Source: Catajapyx aquilonaris (lineage: Eukaryota). From it: a stretch of DNA of 38,275 nucleotides. The stretch spans positions 62,001 through 100,275 of the forward strand of contig KZ538208.1 in the NCBI GenBank assembly GCA_000934665.2. The letters run 5' to 3'. Within the stretch, counting starts at the first letter, position 1. The number at the start of each line of letters is the position of its first letter. The notes below the pieces were generated by a model. The model did not search any database. It saw only the letters and a list, made by a program, of their open reading frames with translations, and was not told where the DNA came from. Below are positions 1 through 8,551 of the stretch, in pieces. The position numbers were made by a program, and so were the translations under genes.

Positions 1-57
1 ATAGCCATTTGCTGTAATATTAATATTTTACACCTGCAGTTAGGGAACGGTTATGAC

Positions 58-1207
58 CTGTTTGCTGTGGATAGCATTCGTACGATCAGGAGTAGACACA
101 CGAATTTCCAGCAGATCACCAAGATTCCTTGTGGCCTTCAAAAGACACATGGAGCATGAAACTGTTTTGTTCAAAATAATGTACATTCGACTATATTATA
201 TTACCAAGTAAATATCATTCAAAATAGTATCACTCTATACTGACCTCTCTTGGTATGCCACCCAGGGAAACTGTGAGAAAAATTAAAGTAACTATGTTCG
301 TACACACGTCAATGATACTTGAAAGAATGTCACTGGTACCACTGGCCTCGAAAGCAAAGTGGTAAAGTGTTGCAATAATATCTGAGATGAAAGCAACGTA
401 TCGTACTGTCAAAATAATTCCGTACACCGATTCAACTTCTCCTACTAGTTTGTACAGAGTCACAAAAGCCACACATGGCACATCAAGTGCATTGTTGTGT
501 GTAATTGTCACCTTCCTGGGTCCCATTTTGATTGCTGCTGAATATATTGCTGCGTTGACAACTCTAAAGCGTTCCTGAATGGCCAGAGCAAGCAGTATGA
601 CCTGCGTGACAGGTAAATTTAAAATGAACATGCTGTGAGAAACCATCAGAATCAACGTTACATCTCCAATCTTCACGCCTTCTTCCGTGATTGTCGATGC
701 CATCCATGAAGTAAATACTGCTCCTGAGAGACAAAATGCGCACAGCACCAACAAATAGGCATGTATGCGTGTCTTGCTATTGGTCAGTTTGGGAAAATAC
801 TTGGAGTCAATCGTGCAAAACTTATCAATGAGTCTGAAGATTTGACCGCACTTTTTCTGAACTAGCACAAATGTAATTAGAGGACAAAGCAGTTCGGCAC
901 AGTACAAGACAGCATCGCTCCAGATTTGCGACGCGTTATTAATCCGAAGCTCATCCCATTGTCTTGGTATGTTCACGCATGATATTATGTAATATGTGGT
1001 CAGCACTAGTCCGTTAAAAAGAGCAGGAGTCCTGTGGTACCACCACAACCGTGGTTTCTGGTTCGCGCCAGTAGAATTTGACAGTGGCATCATTCCTCCA
1101 ACAGTTGTCAACACCAATACAGGCTGCAACGCTGACTTTAAAGTGAACTGTTTCTTATTCGGTTTCCAGCATGTACTGGAAGGGGTCTTCTGGACGCCTT
1201 CCATCAT
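58..1207 (-). CDS. Gustatory receptor paralog 1 (7tm_7 chemoreceptor), 3'-partial
   Basis: Exon 1 is 1207-245 (ATG to ...LGGIPRE|gtcagt). The intron is 244-136. Exon 2 is 135-58 (ATRNLGDLLEIRVSTPDRTNAIHSKQ|gtcata). The protein is hydrophobic and multi-pass and aligns by eye end to end with paralogs 2 and 3, which carry the GR C-terminal signature. Exons 3-4 fall left of the window. Confidence 0.85.
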
Positions 1208-1809
1208 GATCACAGGTCACCGAATTACTGTTGTTGTAGTATGATCTACAAAGGTGATGACTCCTCAAGGTGCTTCAGAGCGAATGGAGGTGTGGTCTCT
1301 TGTGATATTACACATGCATTCAAATGTTACTCATTGGGTGCTTCTTTAATCATTACTTTTTCTTCCCGGGAGTCACGTTTCATTAATAATTTATTCTAAT
1401 GAATTGGTCTCTTTACGACTTCTTGCAACAGTAGGCTATACCGGTGTGTCACGATGAATGATGTTGATGATGAATTACCTCGTGGGACTGCTCTTGTAAC
1501 ATACGGTTCAGGCCGTATTGATGTAATAAAGTGGTGTGCGGTACATTATGCAATGTTGCGTGTTTTGGAACTAAACGGACTGCCACTAACTTGTATTAAT
1601 GAAACAGCGACTAAAGTTGAAGATAAACTGGCTAGTAAAGAAATATTGTTGCAAGCAGTCCCTGAAAGTCTTTTCATAATAATAGGCATATGTAATTCCT
1701 GTAATGAACTTGCTGGAGCATCTGTTTGCGCTTACTTTTCCAGTTAAAATATTCATGCATGTGTATGGCAGTTAGTGTTCCAACATCATGGTATTATCAA
1801 GATGTTGTC

Positions 1810-3271
1810 CTATGTAACTTGTTCAGCTCCTCTGAATTGAGCAAGTATTATGAAATACGTTGTAATAATGCCCAAGATCTGCAAAATCAATATTGCAACA
1901 TGTTAGTGATACTCGCCACTTTGTTCGTGCATAATATAATCAAAGCTTATGTGTGGATACCATGGCTCACCGAAGTAATTAGTCCGTAATTGATTGAAAA
2001 GAAGTGCGATGCTGATATCTGTATAGGAGACCCCATCATAATTTGAATAACTGTAGTAACCTGCAATATCACAGCCATTAACGCAACATACACGGCAACA
2101 ATATCGCAAATGTGTCTTGCACCTGCAGTTATTACCTGATTGCAGTGGATAGCACTCGTGCGATCAGAAGTAGAAACGCGAACGTGTAGCAGATCACTGA
2201 GAGACTTCGTGGCCTTTAAAAAGACATAATATGTTAATGTACCTATTATAATTATTATAATATAGTCGACTCTAAATATCACGTTATTATTCTACTAACC
2301 TCTATAGGTATGCCTCCCAGAGAAATGGTGAGAAGAAGTAGAGTTATTATGTTCGTACATATGTCGATGAAAGTTAAAAGAAGGTAGGTGGCTCGGTAGG
2401 TGGTATCACTGGCAATGAAAGCGAAGTAATAAAGCGTTGCAATGATATCTGAGATGAAAGCAACGTATCTTACTGCCAAAATGGTACCGTAAACCTCTTC
2501 AACTTCTTGTACTAGTTTGTATAGCGTCACAAAAGCTGCACATGGAACTTCCAGTTCATTGTTGTGTGTCATTGTTATTGTCCTGGATCCCATTTTGATT
2601 GCTGCTGAATATATCGCGGCGTTAACAACTTTGAAGCGCTTTTTAATGGCCAGAGCGACTAATATGACCTGCATGATGGGTATATTTAAAAAGAACGAGC
2701 TGTGAGTAATTATCAGAGTCAATGTAAAGTCTCCTGTCTTCACGCCTTCTTCCATTAAAACCGTTACCGACCAGGAAGCCAATGCTATTCCAGAGAGAAG
2801 AAATGTGCACAAGACTAACAGATAGGCCTGTAGACGCGTCTTGCGATTGGTCAAGTTGGGAAAATACTTGGAGTCAATTATGCAAAACTTCTCAATGAGT
2901 CTGAGAATGTGACCGCACTTATTCTGCACTAGCACAAATGTAATTAGAGGTAAAATCAGTTCGGCACAGTACAAGACGCCATCGCTCCAGATAAGAGTCG
3001 CGTTTGCAATCTGCAACTTGTTCCACACTCTGGGTATATTCCAGAATGTTACTATGTAATATGTGACCATCACTAGTCCGTTAATAACAGCAGGAGTCCT
3101 CTGGTACCACCACAGCCGTGATTTTTGGATCCTACTATTAGTACTGGGAAAATGCATCATTCCTCCAACAGTTGTCAACATTAGGACGGGCTTCAATGCC
3201 GACTTTAAATCGAACTGTTTCTTACTCGGTTCCCAGCAAGTACTGGAAGGTGTCCTGTGAAAATTCTCCAT
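1810..3271 (-). CDS. Gustatory receptor paralog 2, intact, 402 aa
   Basis: Exons 3271-2300, 2213-2136, 2060-1971 and 1878-1810, separated by three phase-0 GT-AG introns near the C-terminus, the typical insect GR layout. Exon 3 encodes VTTVIQIMMGSPIQISASHFFSINYGLITS. Exon 4 encodes ILGIITTYFIILAQFRGAEQVT*, containing the GR TM7 motif TYhhhhhQF. Confidence 0.9.
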
Positions 3272-3572
3272 GACTGTCGCTGTCACACGTTACCGAATTT
3301 GTGCTGGTGTCAATGTTTGTTGGCTGTTGCTTGACTGATTACTTTGTATTTTCGTGAGTGACAATGCATTAAAACGATTTCCCAATGGACTTGCAATTTT
3401 TCTATTACAAAAACTTGCTTACATCTTGAACAACATATGGTTCATGCCATATTGATTGTAATAAAGTGGTGTGCGGTACCTGATGTATATGTTCCGTGTT
3501 TTGGTACGGCTAAACAGACTGCTAGTAAGAAGTACAATACACATGTTAATGCAGGCATGTGCAATGCAGTAT

Positions 3573-5082
3573 TTAGTGCTCCAACGTCGTGGTATTATTG
3601 AACAAGTAACTTTGCTCCGTTTCTTGTTCAGAATCTCTGAACTGAGCAAGTATTATGAAATACGTGGTAGTGATCCCAAAAATCTGAAAAAATATTACTT
3701 TCAATATTTAAATTCTACTGACATTCTCATTACAGTTCTATAGTGAAAAATTCAGGAAGAGATGAACTGATGTAACTTACCGAAGTAATAAGTCCATAAT
3801 TAATGGGAAAGAAGTGCGATGCTGATATCTGGATGGAAGGGCCCATCATTATTTGAATAACCGTAGTCACCTGTAGTGTTAAATATTTTAATTGCAATAT
3901 AACAGCACCTTAAATGGGTAGTGGTTATTACCAGGTTGCTGTGGATAGCACTCGTACGATCAGGGGTAGAAATACGAATATCCAGCAGATCACCAAGAGA
4001 CCTGGTAGCCTTGGTAAAGCATAAAACAAGAGTATAAAATTAGTTGTGTTCAGTCAACTTTAAAAAAAAACTAACCTCTTTTGGTATACCTCCCAGTGAA
4101 ATTGTCAGAAAAAGGAGAGTTACTGTGCTGGTACAAATGTCAACAAAACTCCAGGCAAGGTCGCTGGCACCACTGGCCATTAAGCCAAAGTGAAACAGTG
4201 TAGCAATAATGTCAGATACAAAAGAGAAATATCGCACTGCCAAGACAAACCCATAAGCCTCCTGAACATCACCTACCAATTTGTACAACATCACAAAAGC
4301 TTTACATGGGACATCAAGTCCATCGTTATGTATTATTGTCTTTTGCCTGGATGTCATGTCAATTGCTGCCGAACATATGGCTGAGTTAACAGCTTTAAAC
4401 CTTTCTTTAATCGCCAATGCAAGCAGAATGACCTGCAGGGCTGCAGGACTGGCAGATTAATAATGAACATGTTGTGAGTAATCATAAATATCAAAGTCAC
4501 GTCTCCGATTGTCCAATAGCCCTCTTCTAAGGAGGATGCCAGCCAGGATGCAAATGTAATTCCGGAGAGAATCAACGCACCCATCATTAAAAAGTATGCC
4601 TGCAGTCGAAGCTTTCGATTGGTCAGTCCTGGGAAATATTCGGAATCAATCATGCAAAACCTGTTGAGGAGCTTGATGATGTCAGAGCACTTTGTCTGAA
4701 TCAGCACAAAGGTGATCACAGGACACAGCAATTCAGCACCATACAAGACACCATCGCTCCAAATCTCGGTGTTTGGAGAGGACCGAAGACTGTCCCACTG
4801 CAGGGGAATATACACTGAGGTCACTATGTAACACGCAATCAGCACTAGTCCGTTAATAATAGCTGGCGTCCTCTGATGGTACCACTTCAGAGACTTCTGG
4901 ACAGCAGCAGCACTCGATGGCCAACTGTCAGATAGTGGCAGCATTCCTCCAATTGTGGCTAAGACGTAGATAGGCTTGAATGCCCATTTCAGAGAAAGCT
5001 GCTTCTTTGATTTCCAAAAAATTCTGTCGCCAGTTTCGTCTCGTGACACTGAATTAGTTGAACTACTGTATCCTGCGTACAT
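3573..5082 (-). pseudogene. Gustatory receptor paralog 3, frameshifted (pseudogene, null allele or assembly error)
   Basis: Exons 5082-4076, 4009-3932, 3870-3781 and 3683-3573 (IFGITTTYFIILAQFRDSEQETEQSYLFNNTTTLEH*), with intact splice sites. Exon 1 is split between ORFs 4354..5082 and 4040..4417 by an 8-bp insertion at about 4433-4440 (minus strand ...CCA GTC CTGCAG [CCCTGCAG] GTC ATT CTG...). Removing it restores LPVLQVILLALAI, matching the paralogs. Confidence 0.8.
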
Positions 5083-5984
5083 GACGATGTGAGACCCGCA
5101 AAAAGTGATGAGACTGAACTAATGAGTCTGTCCCGCCGTACAACAGGTTACCAAGTAGCCACATGCAAGCAGCCCAAATAGCAATGGACTCTTCCTCATT
5201 CATTAGCCTGTATTCCCATGGCCCAAATCACATTAAACATTTAGGGGCTCTTTTTGTCCTACACTACCTTTGTGACGTAGTAAGAGAGTTTTGACTCCGC
5301 AGAGCTAGTAAATAATATACATCAAGAGAATGAACTTTGTTCTTTAGGTGTTCCGGGAATGCCTAATATATTGGACTGGCTGTCAATAATGAGTGGACTG
5401 TACTCCACGAATAACTGACTAATTCTGTACAGGTCAATGGGAAATGATTCTTCTGCATGTTAGAACTAACTATTGCTTTTGAATTCTTTTCTGCTATATG
5501 GAATAAAATAATTATTATGCAATTGTTTTTAAGAAATACTTATAAGCTTTTCATGCCTACATTGGCATGTTACTATTACGTGTAATACTATAAATGAGTC
5601 ATGCCAACGCAATTGATCCGAACAAGATAAGGCATAATTTTTTCGCTGCTGTTTAGATTACTAAAATCCGAAGCGAGGCGTGTAAGCTATATTGTCAAGG
5701 TGACATACGGTACTGATAAGCTCATTAGTTTTAGTGATGCCAGTCCTATAGAGCACCAGCACATGTAATCATTCTTGAACTCAATTCTGGCCAACGTACC
5801 CAACATATCCTAGTTACTCCCACATTATGGAAAGTGATATTGTGTGGGTGAGCTATATATTTACAGTGTTGCTTGGTACGTGTGATAATACCTTACAGAA
5901 CTGTGCTTGCAACCATTAGCTACTTTACAGTATTTAATTATTTTCAGCAATTCAACTGTTAAATCAACATATTTAGCTGCAAGA

Positions 5985-7644
5985 ATGATCTGGATTTTAT
6001 TGTCCATATGCGTGATTTTTATACTGCTCAAAATAACCGAACGGCATAAAAACTTCCCTCCAGGTAACATTTTGCCTTTATTTTTTGTCAACATCAGTAG
6101 GCCTACATTACTTTTTGACCTGACAGGACCGAGAGGACTTCCACTGCTTGGTTACTCGCCATTCATGCACAAGCCTGACCAACATTTGCATGAAATTATG
6201 TGTGATCTGAGACACCGGTATGGACCAGTTGTGGGTGTGTACCTCGGGTCCGTACCAACAGTGCTGATAAACGGATATGAGGCTGCCAAAGAGTGCCTGA
6301 CAAACGATACCTGCCTTGGAAGACCAGCGATGAGAAAGGTCAACACATTCGACGAAAGGCTAGGGATTCTCTTCACAGACGGAGAGTTCTGGAGAGAACA
6401 ACGGCGATTCATGCTGTGGCATCTCCGAGACTTTGGATTTGGACGAGGTCAGATGGAGGAGGCCATACATGCAGAGGTGTCTGACCTGCTGGATGACCTG
6501 GAAGGAAGAAGGAATGGATTGATCGAAGTGGATGACCTGTTTGGAGTGTCAGTGGTCAATGTCCTGTGGGCCATGATGGCTGGAGAGAAATTTCCGTATG
6601 GAGACGAAGGGGTCAAGAGGTTGAGGAGGGTTGTGAAGGAGATATTCCGAAGTGGAAGTCCAACTGGAGGATTCTGGGCTGCTTTTCCTGTGCTTAAGAA
6701 ATTGTTCGGACACATGACTGGGTATGAAAAAGAAAGGAGGAGGCAGCTAGCCCTGCAAGAGTTTATCCAGAACAAGATTGATCACCACAAGGACACGTAC
6801 GATGATAACGACATGCGAGATTTTATGGACACTTTTTTGAGAGAGATGAGAAGCAAAGACGGATTTTCTACATTCAATGGTAATTACAACATGATATTAA
6901 TATCACTTAAGAAGACCTTCAACTATACGCGATTTACAGAGAACCAGCTGATTGCACTATGTGTCGACATGTTCATGGCTGGAACTGAAACATCCACCAA
7001 CTTCCTGGGCTTCAGTCTCTTATACATGGTTCTTCATCCGACTGTTCAAAGCAAAGTGCAAGAGGAGCTGGACCAAGTGGTAGGAAGATCAAGATTGCCG
7101 TCCCTGAAAGACAGGGTGAATCTTCCTTACACAGAAGCCACTCTTATGGAGCTGCTCAGGTTGGCCATGGTGGTACCCATTGCTGTGCCACATTGTACCA
7201 CAGATGAGACGCAGTTGCTTGGCTACACATTGCCGGAGAAGACGTTCCTAATGGTCAACTTGCATTCGGTTCACATGGACCAAAAGCACTGGAAGGATCC
7301 TGAGAAATTCAGGCCAGAGAGGTTTTTCAAAGATGGAAAGGTTCAGAAGGATGATTGGTTGATGCCGTTTGGAATAGGTGAGTTCAATATTTATGACCCA
7401 ATATATTTTTCTTGTTAGTAACACGTATATTTATCAAAAGTGCCATTTTTAAATTTTGGCAGGGAAGAGAGTCTGTGTTGGTGAAACATTTGCTCGTGGA
7501 ACCACGTTCTTGTTCTTCACTGGTGTGCTTCAGAAGTTCACACTTGATGTGCCTCCAGGTGAAAACCCGCCTGATGTCCGATCCTTGGGAGGAATCGGAT
7601 TGGCTCCAAAACCGTTCAGACTGAAGGCTGAGCTCCGGATTTGA
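5985..7644 (+). CDS. Cytochrome P450, CYP2 clan (CYP15A/CYP303/CYP305-like; methyl farnesoate epoxidase-like), 483 aa
   Basis: Exons 5985-6063, 6127-6879, 6940-7377 and 7463-7644; GT-AG introns of 63, 60 and 85 nt, all phase 1. Motifs seen: N-terminal anchor with PPGPRGLPLLG hinge, WREQRRF helix C, LRDFGFG, I-helix AGTETS, ELLR (ExxR), PERF, and heme motif FGIGKRVCVG assembled across intron 3. A probable 5'UTR acceptor lies at 5946-5947 and AATAAA at 7748-7753. The subfamily cannot be fixed without a phylogeny. Confidence 0.93.
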
Positions 7645-8551
7645 TTACGAAACTGCAAGAAAATATAATATGGGGGTTACCATCTCGACCACTTTGGTGC
7701 AAAACAATATGTGACACATACAGTGTGTACAAACAGGTTCAGCAAAAAATAAACGAGAAAACAACAAATCGCTACGGCATTAATTCAAGTTATTATATAG
7801 CATAAACACCAAGTTATCTACGACTGTCAGAAGTTCAAGTCCAACATTTTGTGCTGATCTCATGTCCTATCGGGATGTCGGATGATATGAACTGTTATTT
7901 TTAGATGTCACCAGCCTAATAATCAGTCCATTTTTTCAAATTAATTTTTTTTTTGAAACTCTTCTGTTTATCTGGTGTCTAGAGAACTGGTCGCGACGCT
8001 TGGAATATACAGCAACTAGAGTCATAGATATTAAAGGCCAGCATTTAATAACTAATATGACTTGAGCGAATAAGTAAATTCGCGCAACCAATACACAGGG
8101 TGTGCCGAAAGTGGACCTGGTCCGGACCGAGTCCAGTACCATGTAAACAGATCCTTGTGTACGTTATTTCATAAATCCTCCCACACATCTGGTTTGCGCA
8201 CCACATGTGTGTATGACGCACGTGTGCAAGTGTGCAAATAATGTGGCGCCACCACTTTGCCAGCGGGGAACCCAACCAACTCTAGAGAGAGGTATGGCCG
8301 CTTTTCTGAGCGACAGGTGGACGCACCCTGTGGCAGCGTAAGTGTGTGTGTGTGTGAATAACCTCTCTGGGTAATAGCCACATGTATAGTTTTATATGAA
8401 AATGAAAAGTAGGAGGAGACAGGAAAAGGGTGATGATTGGCGGGAATTTCCGTCCAGATATGCATGAATAGAGAGAGGGTTTGCCCAATGGTTGTGAAAT
8501 TTGTGTGTGGGAATTATTTCAGTTCAAAAGTGCGGCGTAATTAGAGGAGAG

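Noticed and set aside
387..3260. Plus-strand ORFs conserved between GR copies (387..578 with 2517..2705; 996..1244 with 3063..3260)
   Set aside because: These are antisense shadows of the duplicated GR coding sequence.
5907..7418. 503-aa single ORF as the complete P450
   Set aside because: It starts at a non-ATG codon, reads through two in-frame introns and lacks the heme cysteine, which lies in exon 7463-7644.
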